Origin: Hydrolagus colliei
Taxonomy: Eukaryota
Assembly: GCA_035084275.1 (NCBI GenBank)
Contig: CM068760.1
Span: forward strand, 2,542,001 to 2,606,000
Length of the DNA: 64,000 nt
Reading direction: 5' to 3'
Part shown: positions 1 through 61,790 of the stretch, piece after piece
How the letters are laid out: every line of letters starts with the position of its first letter
Numbering within the stretch: the first letter of the stretch is position 1
Notes under the pieces: generated by a model
The model's database searches: none
Seen by the model: the letters and a program-made list of their open reading frames with translations, nothing else
What the model was told of the DNA's origin: nothing
Position numbers and translations under genes: made by a program

Positions 1-1522
1 CTACCCAGTTAATTAACCGGTATCATTATAAGCATTGATCACTCCCCCCCAATTCACTTTCATTCTATCCTCTATATTTCACAGGCACAAGCAACCTCTT
101 ATGCAAGAAGAGATGTTAGATTTTAAAGAATAGTCATTAGCAATTCATTTTCAATTATGCATTGATACCTTTGAGGTAACACGTTGCTTTAAACTTTAAG
201 TTCATGGGAATATACATGCCTGAGTAATTCCCTTTCCTCAGAGGCTCAGTTATTTCACTGTAATCTCATGAAAAGTGCCAATTACACATAAGGGCTTGAC
301 ACGTGATGCAGCTCACTCACTCTTCAGGTCAAACATCAAACAGCTAGAAACCCTCCACCTACATGAGAGGACTCAAAGTGCCCACCACCCTGACCTCCCG
401 CAACACTGCAAGCGACATCACCACAAAACCAAAATAAAATCATTAGAAATGCAAAAAACAGCTATAATGTAATTATTCACGAAAATCGATCCCATAAATT
501 GCTTCTGTCAAACACAATTTGTCTCTTAGCCTCTCGCCAAAGAATAGCTGTCACACTGGCCTCTAACACAGACAGATAGCAACACCGCCACACGGAACCA
601 GTCAATCTCTGTACACGGATAGATTACAAAAAATGAATTGAAAACGGTAATTCTGTCCAGGGGTGGTTGACCCTTTTAAATGGATATAAACCTCCTTTTA
701 CCAAATTATTCATTTTCAGGCTCGCATTTACCAACCTACAATTTATCTACATTTTATCTTCGTCTGTTAAAGCGGCAACACAGAGGTGTGCAGTTCACAA
801 ACGTCTCTCAGTTACAGATGTTCTTCATTTACATTACAATTCCTCCTGTCCAGCTGAGAGTTTGCAACAATAGCAAATCAATTTACAAAATGTGGCCACC
901 AAGCTTTTCCTTCCAACTTTCGAATCACAGGGAACATTCGATTCAACGCAGGCATTTTTAGATTCCCTTTGAACTTTGGGACAACAAATCCTTCCCATTT
1001 TATAACTAAGATTATTAGCAAATGCCATGTTTGTCTCTGGGTGGCACGGGAATATTGTGAGGGGCAGCTAATCAAGAGGGTGGGAAGTAAAACTAAACGT
1101 TTCTCTCTTCAACCCCCAATTTCAAAGGCAGTGAGACGGTTAAACCCATTTTCGCCATGAAACCAAATGCATTCACTACTGACATTTTCAGCAGTAATCC
1201 CTCTAAAACAGTGTCTGAAAAGCTACTTTAATAAAGCATTCCAGCATGAATATTCCAACACAATATGTCACTTCATTCTTCAGTTTGGGAGCTGAGGCCT
1301 GCCGCACTGCATCAGTGAAGAGGCCGCCCCTGCTGTTCCAAACATGGCTCTGCGCAAACCAAAAGGGCAATTCTGTTCTTCAATTTGGATAAAATATTCC
1401 CACTCAATTTCCAACTGAATGGTCTGTGTACAAAAAATGATATCGGTTTTATGCAAATACAACAGGCCAAAATAGACGTTGCAGTAGGTGGCGGGGGTGG
1501 GGTGGGGGGGGGGAATACGGGT

Positions 1523-1700
1523 AAAATTGGTAACTCAATCAATCCACGACTGTTTGTGAGACACTGCTGTGCTCAATTGGCTGCCAAGTTTTGCTCACAA
1601 AATATACAGTCAATTCACTGAACAGTATATTCTGTGAAGTGCTTTGAGATGTCTTGAAGATGTGATCAGGCGCTGTATCAAATGCGAGGTTTACTATCAT
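1523..1700 (+). mobile_element. tRNA-derived SINE, 5'-truncated (3' body and tail)
   Basis: Same body as 25970-26277: ...ccacgactgtttgtgagacactgctgtgctcaattggctgcc...gtgaagtgctttgagatgtc...gcgctgtatcaaatgcgagg. Confidence 0.85.
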
Positions 1701-3471
1701 GGATTATATTTAGGAGGAACCTAGAGCTTGCCACACAAACCTCCACCCCTGAGATCTACAATCCAAGTAACACCAAGACCCAATCAAGAACAATTTGTTT
1801 CTTCCCTGTGCTGGCTCAGGATGTTAAATTAAACTGCGTCCAAATCACCTGATTCGCTCGTCCACATCCCCACCCCACCACTGACATTTGTCCTTCCTGC
1901 TGGGGCGTGCAACATGCTATCACCAGGTACAACATTTTTCATTCTACTGGACAGTTGCCCTTATCGAGAGAATGCTGGATACATCAGATTGTCAGTAAAC
2001 CCAGCAAGCAGCCAAAGCAACATGCTCCTCAGTAATGCCAGACTTTGTCCTCTTCATCAGCTGTAGGTTTGTAGCAAAAATGGGTGGGACTTTGAAGGTC
2101 ATGTCATATCATATCATCTTTAGCACATAGAAGCTACAACACAATGTAAACATACTGCAAAGCAGCGGAGAGACGGGGAGATTCAGGAGCCTCATTTCTA
2201 TGTAGATTACATGACCAAGGTTCCTTTGTTAACCTGATGCAGCCAATACTCATTAAATGATATGGCCTCAGTAGCTGCCAATTAAAAACTGGGAGAGTTA
2301 AATTAATATTGGTTATAAAGATATCAGTTCTGGGTCTGAAAAGGTTGATTAAGAAGAACAATTAATCTGACACTCGAGCGTTTTATAGCACTGTATGCAG
2401 GCTTTAACCTCACAGAATGAAACAAAATCTGAAAAGAAAATCTAAAAGTCTGAAATGGTGGTGTGGAAGCCCAATTATTCTTATGCTTAAGTGCACCTCT
2501 TTAATGATGACAACCAAGTAAAAAATCCAATAATTGGGTGCGAGCAGAAGAGAGATGTACCAGCGCCCCAGAATAAATTGTCTCGGAACAAATCAGGTCC
2601 ACACTTCACGAAAAGCACAAATCACAATTCAACAGGTGGCCAGCATTTGACTCCAGATTTCAGCTGCTGTGTGTGGTGGGCGATTGGGTGTATTTCAGGT
2701 GCCGACAATTCACAGACAACCCAATGCACGAATAACAGAGCAATAATGGTACTTTAATGATATCTAACAATTTCACCAGCTATATAAAAAGTAACAAAAC
2801 AAAGTTATATTTAGGGTTTATAACCAGCGCAAGTCACTCATCCTAAGATCCCTTCGGGGGAATTTGCAATCTGGTGGCTGAAAATGTCTGAAAGCATTCA
2901 TTTTGGTGATGATCCTGTAAGTGCTGCCGTAGCCTACGCACTTATAGAGGACTCACTAAAACTGAATGGCCATTTAAGAAACCTCACTGGAGAATAGACA
3001 TAGTCAGTGCGTAATTGTCGAGCAGCATTGTCAGTGCATGCACTCTGTGCTTTAACGTTAGTGTCCTCCCAGCAATTCCTAGAGCTCGGGATAATAACAT
3101 TGTCAGACCTCACAATTTCCATTAGCCATAAGGCATGATCTTGTACGAGTCCTGAGTGCAATTTCTGTCTGAGTCTAATATCTGCAGGGTTTGCTACTGA
3201 TAATACCATTTGCATTCCCGCTCAGCAGCATAGATAGCTTACTGTCTCAGTGGGCACCTGAAACCAACCCAAGGAATCTGACAGTCATAGCCTTTCCTGA
3301 GGCCACATCGAAATGAATCAAATAAAACAAGAGAAACAATCGAGTTTCGACCCGGTTTTAACGAGAAACGAACAGAGTGTAAACCCTAACCTAAAAATGT
3401 AGAGCCACACGCACAACACACGCAATCACCTAAAACGTGACGGGGGGAGGGGGTAAGAAAGGAGAAAATCA

Positions 3472-52642
<49,171 letters not shown>

Positions 52643-53823
52643 GTCTCAGCAACACAAATCCTACAACAAAAAGAAAGACTTCAATTAAAATACTGCACAG
52701 TTTGCTAGAAGAAGGAAATTAGCATTAAATGGGCATTTTGCTGAGATTTACTATCTGGCCGCGTTGCTTACACACTGCACTGAGACTTGCAATAAAATGC
52801 CCACAATAAACAGTGATTACACTTGACGGTAATGACCATAAAGCGCTTTCAAATGTTTCAACGTTACTTCAACTGTAAAAATGCAACTTGCTAAATGAAC
52901 AAATATGCAAAGTGACCTCCTGATACTAAATACATGGAGTCATTTCTTGACCTCGATCAACACCTACGCGATATGGATACCCAGAAACACAGTCCTACTG
53001 ATTTGCCCTTCTCCCTGAAAGGGAATAAACAGCCACAAAACCTACAAGGGATTATTCACTTATTTTGTGCACAGTGAAGTCAACTGAATTCTAGAAGAGT
53101 TAATACAAGTATTGCTTTGGAAAAAATCAAGAGAAGAATTAGCATTAATCTTACACACCAATTAGCTGCCTCACCAGCTACTCAAGGGGAAATGTTTGTG
53201 GTACATCTCAACATTTAATCCACTATAACCCTGCAGCTAGGAAGATATCAAACAAGCTCAAGATATAATGCATGCACAGTTTTAAGCAAATTAAGTGCAA
53301 CTTCATGGAGGAAGGAGAGTGAAATAAAAAGGTCTCTTTGTTAAAGCTATTAAAAGCAGGGCAAACTGAAAAAAAAATGCATTTCCTATAGAACAACCAA
53401 ATATGAGTCTCTTAGCCTGGAGCATGTCTGGGCAGAAACATTTTAAATATCTGTAGGATAATTTTGATAGGATGTCTACCAGAGGGCATTTCACTTCCAG
53501 GCAAATTTCAGGACATGATAGAATTAAACCAGTGAGAACTATTTACTGTTCGGCTCACATCATTTTCTGCTGTCCATTTCCAGTAAATTAGCATTGGTTA
53601 AAACACAGCAAAACAAATTTACAACCAATTGAACCAGTTGTTCCAGCATCTGTTTGATAAGTCAGTAACTGGAGGGCATAGCTTTAAGCTGTTATCAAAA
53701 AGCAATGGGAAAGGTTAGGAGAAATGTTTTACAGAGGGTTGTTAACAAATATGAAATGCCCTACATAAAACAGTGGCTGAGGCAGAATCCATTTCACCTT
53801 TTAATGAGGAATTAAGATAAATA

Positions 53824-54666
53824 CAGTAGAAGCCCGTTTATCCGTGATGAACCGGCACTTCCGTAAAACCGGCACTCCAAAAAAAAAGGCCCCATTCGAT
53901 AAACCAGAATGTATCCGGAACAACAACAACAATTTACATTTATATAGCGCCTTTCACGTCGGGAGGACGTCCCAAGGCGCTAAAAGCTTTTAAGGAACAA
54001 TAGCAGTGGAGCATTTGTAAATGCATAAATAATAACATAACAGAATATTGTATTGGTACTTATTGTTAAAACTACTCTCTTGCGCTTTTCACCTTTACTA
54101 GTAGATGCTGCGCTTGACGCCATGATGCTGCGGTTGAGGTTTATAGTCCAGCGATACTTTTTCAAATGGAGCCCGCCAAGCAGGTGAAAAAAACGGAGCG
54201 CGATTTGAAAGCCATACTAGCGGCAAGCCGATAACGCTAGCCAATAACCTACATTGTTGCACAGGTGCAGTATTTTGGTTTGCTGCTAGTAGAGTCTAGG
54301 GCTCTAGAAAATGGAAAGTAGAAGAGTCTAGGGCTATCGGCTTGCCGCTAGTAAAGTCGCGCAACTTTAAAATCACACTGCCATTTTTTTCACCTGCTTG
54401 GCCTCCTCCATTTAAAAAAGAATCGCTGGACTGTAAACCTCAATCAGTAAAGGTGAGAAGCACAATAGAGGAGTTTTAACAATAAGTACCAATACAATAT
54501 TCTGTTATTATCTGTTATTATTTAGTCTGGTGTGTATAGTGTGTGGTTAAAATAACTTTTAATTTTTTCTTGTGGGTTTTGGGCTGCGGGCTGGCTGAAT
54601 ATCTGGCAGGCGCTTTAACCGGCATTGACCAGGTCCCGTGGGTGCCGGATAAACAGGCTTTTATTG
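53824..54666. mobile_element. Tigger/pogo-family non-autonomous DNA transposon with internal inverted duplication
   Basis: TA|cagtagaagcccgtttatccg ... cggataaacaggcttttattg|TA TIRs with TA duplication; minus-strand MASSAASTSKGEKRKRVVLTI resembles a Tigger transposase N-terminus. Confidence 0.85.
53919..53981 (-). mobile_element. L2-type 3' stem-loop plus tail inserted into the Tigger element
   Basis: aacaacaacaacaatttacatttatatagcgcctttcacgtcgggaggacgtcccaaggcgct. Confidence 0.85.
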
Positions 54667-55077
54667 TATCTGAAAAGCAGAAATATACAAAGAACTGAGG
54701 AAAGGTAGGAGAATGGGATTTTAGTTCTTTCATAAGAGTCACAATGGGTAGAAGGGCCTCTGTCTGTGCTGCAAACTCGTTTCAATTTCAAATATAAGGC
54801 TCAATTTATATTTAAAAGAATGATACTGATCCATGGCTGATCACTTATTCCCACCCACCCCTGGCGTCATTCTCCACCACTGTCAAGCACTCTGGAGCAC
54901 AGCCCTACATGAGGGGCGCTATATAAATGTGAGTTGTTGTGTTTGCTTGAATATTATGTCAGGGCTGAGAACACAGTAAGATTTTCCAAAATAAATTACA
55001 AAATAATATCCACAATCAATACATGAATCTTTCATTTCTGGATACAAGTATTAACGGATCTAGACTCACACCAAATA

Positions 55078-55262
55078 GTTATAATAATCCTTGCATTTTG
55101 ATATAGCGCTTTTCACATCTTATCGACGTCAGAAAGCACTTCACAGAATATACTGTAAAGTGAATTGACTATATTTGTGGGCGAAACGCGGCAGCCAATT
55201 GCGCACAGAATTGTCCCACAAACAGTCGTGGATTGAAATGACCAATTTTTAAAATTATGTTT
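55078..55262 (-). mobile_element. SINE 3' half
   Basis: ataataatccttgcattttgatatagcgcttttcacatc...gtgggcgaaacgcggcagccaattgcgcacag...gtcccacaaacagtcgtggattgaaatgaccaattttt. Confidence 0.9.
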
Positions 55263-58200
55263 TTTTAAGAGAAACTATTATATAATAGAAATGAGGTGTG
55301 ATACTGATATAATGAAAGGCGCTATACAAGTGTGATTTTGTTGTTGTTGGAGTTGGGTCAGAGGTACATATTTAATACAGGCCATTCAATAACTATGAAA
55401 ATGCCTTAACATAAAGACACTAAAGTAAAACATTAACATTCCTCCAGGTAAACAAGTTTAGAACATCAGTTCTTATCTTTAATATTCCTGCGCCAATTCA
55501 CCAACCAAATGCAATAACTGAAGTGTAATTCTGCAATTAATTACTCAAAACTGGCAATGCAAGTCCCGTTTACACAAGTTTGATTATGCCGCATTTTTGT
55601 AATACATCAAAGAAATTTGCGCCATAGATGAAGAAACGGTTCCAAAGTATTTGCTGTTAACATCGTAAAGTGACTTCACTACAAGAGAAGTAATGTGTCG
55701 CAGCACAGACTGCAGATTCATCTGAACACAAGCTTAGCATTGACTAAAAACATTTAAGATAACTTAAAAATCAGACTCCTAGAAAGTATTGAAAGCCGTA
55801 CAGTCTCAATTCTTCACCACATAAAACCCGTGTAAATGGAATAAGATTTAGGATCAAAGCTTTGAACACACCAAAATTAAGTTTTGAAGTTTGAGCAACA
55901 ATTACTGCTACCAGATTACACGTACAGCAACTTCAATGATTCAGCCACAGGCATCGGTCACAGAATTTCTTAAAGAGTCATACATATTAACCTATTAAGA
56001 GCCAAACTGGTTACTTGCACCTAGAACTCTTGGAACACAAAGAATAAGCAATGAATGCAGTCTTGTTTAAGCTGCAGACAGCTACCGAACACAGGAGGAA
56101 AGTATTCCTGCAAGCCATTTCTATCAAGAATCGAGTATCAGGAGGTTGCCTCTGCCAACAGAACTGTAACATGTCAGTAGTTTCAAGAATGGAGAGGTAA
56201 AAGGAAAATACAGGTATCGATTCCAGGATAGTTTAACCTTTCCAATCTTAAAGGATCTGGGTTAGTATTAAACACACCCACATACCCAGAGTAAAGCATC
56301 TATATACTTTGTCCCGAATGTGTTAAATCAAAATTGTACCCTTAACTGAACCACTGATATTTCCCACACTCAACAGTCCTGTGTGCAGAGTTACGATGCC
56401 AGTGGCTTACACTTAAAATTAATATTTTGGTTGAAATGGCCAAAATTAATTGTAGGATCCTGCTCATGCGACATTCATTTCACAGCCTGGAAAAGTTCAA
56501 AGTAAAAGTCCAACGTTAACCTTCTGTACCACTCAGTCAGAGAGCGTGGTTATTTTAATAATTTATCACCTAATTATATTTTGAATTCAAAGTACATAAA
56601 ATATTAAACACATGCAAAAGGGGAGGCCAAATTTTGCCATGTTTACTCAAGGCATGTAAGAGAAGATTGGCTCATTGGTTCCACTCATTGGTTCCAAGTC
56701 CCCAAAATGGAAAAGATGTGGTTTGAATCCTTCATTCCTCAGCACTGTTGTCCCACAAGAGAAAGCAACAGAAGCTACAGCAATTAGGTAAAGGCACAAA
56801 GGAATTCTTGAGAGACAAGTCAACATTTAGATATTCGAAACAAAGCAATTTTGTCTCAATACTGCATTTTCAGTTCAACACCAAGAATGGCATTTCCCAA
56901 ATGGATAACGGTCACCACTTTGATGCAACCAAATGGTTGTCTCGTGGTCAAAGCAAAGAAGTAGGTAGAGAGCACACCACCTCATTTGTCTAGACACAGC
57001 ACTTTTTAAATTACAGCAGTCTTCAGCAGACTTAATAGCAGATTAGCAGAATGGGTCACAAAGACATGTGATAGAGGCTGGAACTGGGTGTCCTAAAGGG
57101 CAATCTATATCAGTCTCAAGGTCCCAGGAAGATATCGGAAAATGGCCAATCAAGGATTCGATGTGAAAACAACAAGATTTAGCAATGAGTGAATGAGGAG
57201 AGCCGATCTAAGTTCCCCAGTGATACCAAAATGCTAGCCTCACTACATTACCACACTAGAATTTGGCATATTTATAACTATGGTTCAAAGGAGATGAGTC
57301 AATGAGCTTAGTCTTCTTGGCTTTTTGGTGGAAACAAAATGAGTCAAAGCCACTGAATCTGAAATCAAATGTAAACCAAAGCAAGCACTCCCACCATCAC
57401 CACTATCTGCACAGGGCCCTACTTGGAGATTTCAACTGGTACAATAATCTGTGGAATAATTTGTCAAATCAAATTAGGAATTAATGCATGCAACAAGAGA
57501 AAAAGTCGTTTGTAAATTTATTTCCTTTTTTCCTCTCACCCCACACCCTCCCCTCTCCAATATACTAACTCTGTTATCCAAGAAGGCTATCAGTGTTCAA
57601 TATTAGACCATACTTTGACAATATTATGCTCTGTGGAAGAATTTACACCTACTGCAGTTATATTGAACAATGTGCAGATTATATGCTTCTAGTGGAAGAG
57701 GTGGTACCATAAATTATTCCTTCAAACAAGTATTGAATAGGAAACAAGAAATTGAAGTGGTGGAACCTTAGTAGAACCTTAATCAATAGAATTTGGCACT
57801 TAAATATTACAGTATCTTGAGATCATATAAAATGTTTCATGTATAAAACCTGAGTGCTTTTGCTGTCACGCTTCCAACTGAAAATACAAATTCTCACGCA
57901 TGATCAGTTTTAAAAGAACATAAACGTTAAAGGATTATCAGATCTGAGCAACTCAGTGTATTAAAAATATTCTGGATAAAGCAAGTAGAGTCACAATCTC
58001 ATTACAAGACCAGCTATAATATAGCACTACTTTATCAATCAAATTTGGGGCTTGACAGCGTAATGAAATATGCAAACCATTACCGGGAATCACCATACAC
58101 AAAGCTAGTTATACTGACATACAATCTCAACAACTTCCTCATAAGGGGAGAAGGTAGAGGTGGCAGATCAGAAGATGACATGGGAGTATTGTATTTCCAA

Positions 58201-58620
58201 TCAAGTACAGTGAAAATGCCATGGCTGTGCCCCATGGAGGGAGTAGGGTGATGTGGATGGGGCTACAATTGCCAAATGGTGAGATCCCAACTCAGTTGTT
58301 TCATTCCAGGGAGATAGTTGTCAAATGGGGAGCAAGTACATATACACAGGAGCAATAGCTATTTTAAAAACATGCAGACCTTTTACAAAACAGGAGTTAG
58401 CAGGGGCTACATTACATTAACAAAAGCATGGAAGGGGAAGCGAGTCATCTGCAATACAACAAGACAAAGGAGAATTTTTTCTTTATACATCACAGATTTA
58501 CATCTACTTGTCCAACCACACTACAGGGCACAAAATGTCTGGATATACTAGTACGTATTCTTTGTGCGACAAATTCTGAACGTGCAAATAACAACATTCT
58601 CATCCAGTCTTAACAATTAC

Positions 58621-58943
58621 ATAATAATAATCCTTGCATTTGATATAGTGCTTTTCACATCTTATCAACGTCTCAAAGCGCTTCATGGAATATACTGGAA
58701 AGTGAATTGACTGTATATTTGTGAGCTAAACGCAGGAGCCAATTGCGCACAGCAGTGTCCCACAAACAGTCATGGATTGAAATAACCAATTTTATAATTG
58801 TGGGGTTTTTGGGATGGATTATTATTATTAGGCATGTGGAGTAAGGAAACTTGCCCAAAGTTTTTGCCCTGATCTGCCTGAATTCAAACATAGGTCTTGT
58901 GCTTGTAAGGCGAGTGCTCTAACCACTGAGCTCCAGGAACTCC
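58621..58943 (-). mobile_element. Full-length tRNA-derived SINE
   Basis: Minus strand: ggagttcctggagctcagtggttagagcactcgccttacaagcac (A box) ... gtttgaattc (B-box-like) ... body ... tatcaaatgcaaggattattattattat. Confidence 0.9.
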
Positions 58944-59929
58944 TGTACAAAATGGGTTCCAATTTTACTCAAAGTACAGAAAGCAAACAAAATAAAACTT
59001 CCAGCAATTTACTGCTAATATCCTTTCATTCCATCAAGATAATTATTGATGCAAAAAGATTTTCCACGTCCAATTTATTTTCACCACACTTTGCTGGTAA
59101 AGCTACATTTATAAACAGTTTCTGGGTAAACTATTTGCCAGGCTTGAATATAATTTCATAAATGGACACCAGCACCATTAGCCTGTCTACAATAATCCTT
59201 ACATTTGCTAACCTAAGATTGTAATTGTGCAGTTACTGTACTTTGGACGTTTATCAGGCGGCTTATTTTGAACTGCCTCCATGGTAGTTTCAGGTGCTTA
59301 AGTATTGTACAAAGCAGCACATGATGTTCAAATGTGTGCACAGATCCAATGAATTAGCCACACACTCACTAATCTTGTGAAATGTATGTCTTGGCCTTAT
59401 CTTAATATGAAACTCAACAAGATGTACGTATGGATACAGACCAGCTTGTTCAAAACACAATACTTGATTTTCAACCTGGAGCTACTCAATCCATTCACAC
59501 CCTGAGTTCTACTGCAAGAGCCCCATGAACATGTTGTATTAATACCCAAAAAGTAGAGTAGTGGGAAAGAAAAGAGTGTGCAACCATTGATACAAAAGCA
59601 ATTGTCCAGCCTTGTTACATTGTAAAGCTTATTCATGTACTACAACTTTAAGAACAGTCTAAGGGTGCGGCAGTCAAGGTTAAATTGCCCACTATCAGTG
59701 TTGTGGAGTGGGCAAAGGAGCAGGAGGCAAAGCCACATGTACAACTGCGTCAACAACTTCTTATGAGCACCAGATTGCAGCCACTATAGTCCATTGCTAT
59801 AGAAAGATGATGAAAAAATCCATACGCACTAAATGGCAGCACAGTAGAGCTGAACAATTCCAAAAGCTGCAGAAACAGGAGCCACAGAAACTCCAGTCTT
59901 TATACAGCTGGTGCGAAGCGCTATACAGG

Positions 59930-60060
59930 CAACAACAACAACAAATTACACTTGTATAGCGCTTTTCATGTCAGGAGGCTCTGGAGCCGAGCTGGGGTCG
60001 GATCGGGGAGGGTGGAGGGTGGAAGGTGGGACCGTCAAAGAGGAGGGATTTGAAGGAGGC
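59930..60060 (-). mobile_element. L2-clade 3' fragment with internal deletion
   Basis: caacaacaacaacaaattacacttgtatagcgcttttcatgtcaggagg...ccgagctggg...gtcaaagaggagggatttgaaggagg; parallels 29640-29870. Confidence 0.7.
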
Positions 60061-61659
60061 CAGGGAGACAGACTACTGCTTGGAGATGTGCCCAAACTAG
60101 CAGCTAAACACTGGCAAAAACACTGTACTGTACCACCAATAATATTGTGCATTGTGACTGCAGCACTGGTTACTTAGTGTCCAGCAATCAGTGGATAGTC
60201 ATATGAACGTTTTATAATCTCACAAGCTTATTTTAGAAATTAAATATTGCACATCCAGATGTCAGAAACTAGTTTTAAAAATAAATACTAATGAAGCTGG
60301 GATCTACAGCAATCGGCCACTTCGCCAGATTTGCTGCAATACCTCACTGCCTTATACTACTGCCGTGACCATACTTTATTTTGACAATGTTTATTTTCAA
60401 AACAAATTCGTAAACGGTTCTCAAAATGTGTTGACAAATGCTGCCCATTAGTTTCCATTTCTTATCAAAACTAGAAACATGGATACAAATGAACTATTCA
60501 TATAAAACAACTCAAAGCTGAAAAGAGACATTGCCGCCACGAGAACGACTACTGAGCAACAAGTAGCAATGCCATCAAGTGGTCAGACCTGGATTCAAGT
60601 TTCGGTTCTGTAGAGTTCCAGATCTCGTCTACATTACAAGTCACCCTGCACACCACTTTCCTGTGCCTCCTAAATACAAGGTTCACAGCTGCATCAGCAG
60701 AAGCCTGGAATAAGGCCGTCTGCACGACCTCTCCCCTAGCGGACACCACACAAAAATAAAGGAGAGCACATACACCTACTAAAATAGGAAGTGCAATGTC
60801 TTCGCTCTATTTTAACCTTCAATTTGAAACAAGTCCTTTTTAAAGCTTGTGATATCAAAGGAGATCTCCATAGGAGTTAGGTTCCAATAGTAGAAAAAAG
60901 CTTGAAATATACAGATCAGATGTAAATGACAAGGAAAGTATTATCTTTCGAGCTGCGTTACACAATTTCAGACGTCCAACTATTTATGGAAAATGTTATA
61001 TTGTGCCGAGCTGAGTATAGAACCTGGACTAGGGTTATTATTGGACAACCTGGGATCTAAATTTGTGGAATTTACAGAGAATCTGCAGGAACCAGGATGC
61101 CTCTCACACTCGCCCACCGGAACATCGACCTTATTTCTGACAATTAAGTGGGAATTGTTGCTTAAGAAAGCTCCCTTACAGAATAATACACTTCTGCACT
61201 AATTCTGCACCCACCGGCCTCAAACCCTCCTCCAAACTGTCCCGATATCACAACCTTCGCTTTCTACTCAGGTGGAAAATCACCATGCGGGATTATCATC
61301 TGGCACCAAGGTCAGGCTACAGTGTTACAGACCTTGGCACCACCGTGCACACATATAGCATTTCTATTGAGTCCTTCAGGAGCTTTAATACAGCCTTTAG
61401 AAGTATGCTGAAAACATTTAACAGACCGCGCCAATTATGAGGGCCTTATACGCACAGAACATTTCAGAATATCAGAGTAATTCACACAAATACAATGCCC
61501 GATCTAAACGCAGCAACTGCTGAGCCACCACCAAGTGCAAAGGCTGAATAATTCGAATCATTGTCATTATTCCCTTCTGACATCAATGGGTCATACATGT
61601 CACAGAGCTGAGAACTCACCAAGACATTTCAACTCCTTCAATTGGTTCACGTTACAAGC

Positions 61660-61790
61660 TTGAATTTGATATACCTGTGGTGCCACTTCGTTTTGCAGGA
61701 AATACTGTATTTGTAGGCAAAGTGGAAGCCATTTTGCACACAGCAAGATTTCAAACAAGGACCTTAGGGAGAATGACCAATTTTACCTTG
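61660..61790 (-). mobile_element. Very old Deu-type SINE remnant
   Basis: gtaggcaaagtggaagccattttgcacacagcaagatttcaaacaag...aatgaccaattt. Confidence 0.45.

Larger units (their letters stand above)
53668..54778 (+). mobile_element. Old CR1 3' fragment split in two (53668-53823 and 54669-54778) by a Tigger insertion
   Basis: actggagggcatagctttaag...ttacagagggttgtt...gaggaattaagataaata[insert]tctgaaaagcag...atgggtagaagggcctctgtctgtgctg reads as a continuous CR1 3' end. Confidence 0.7.
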
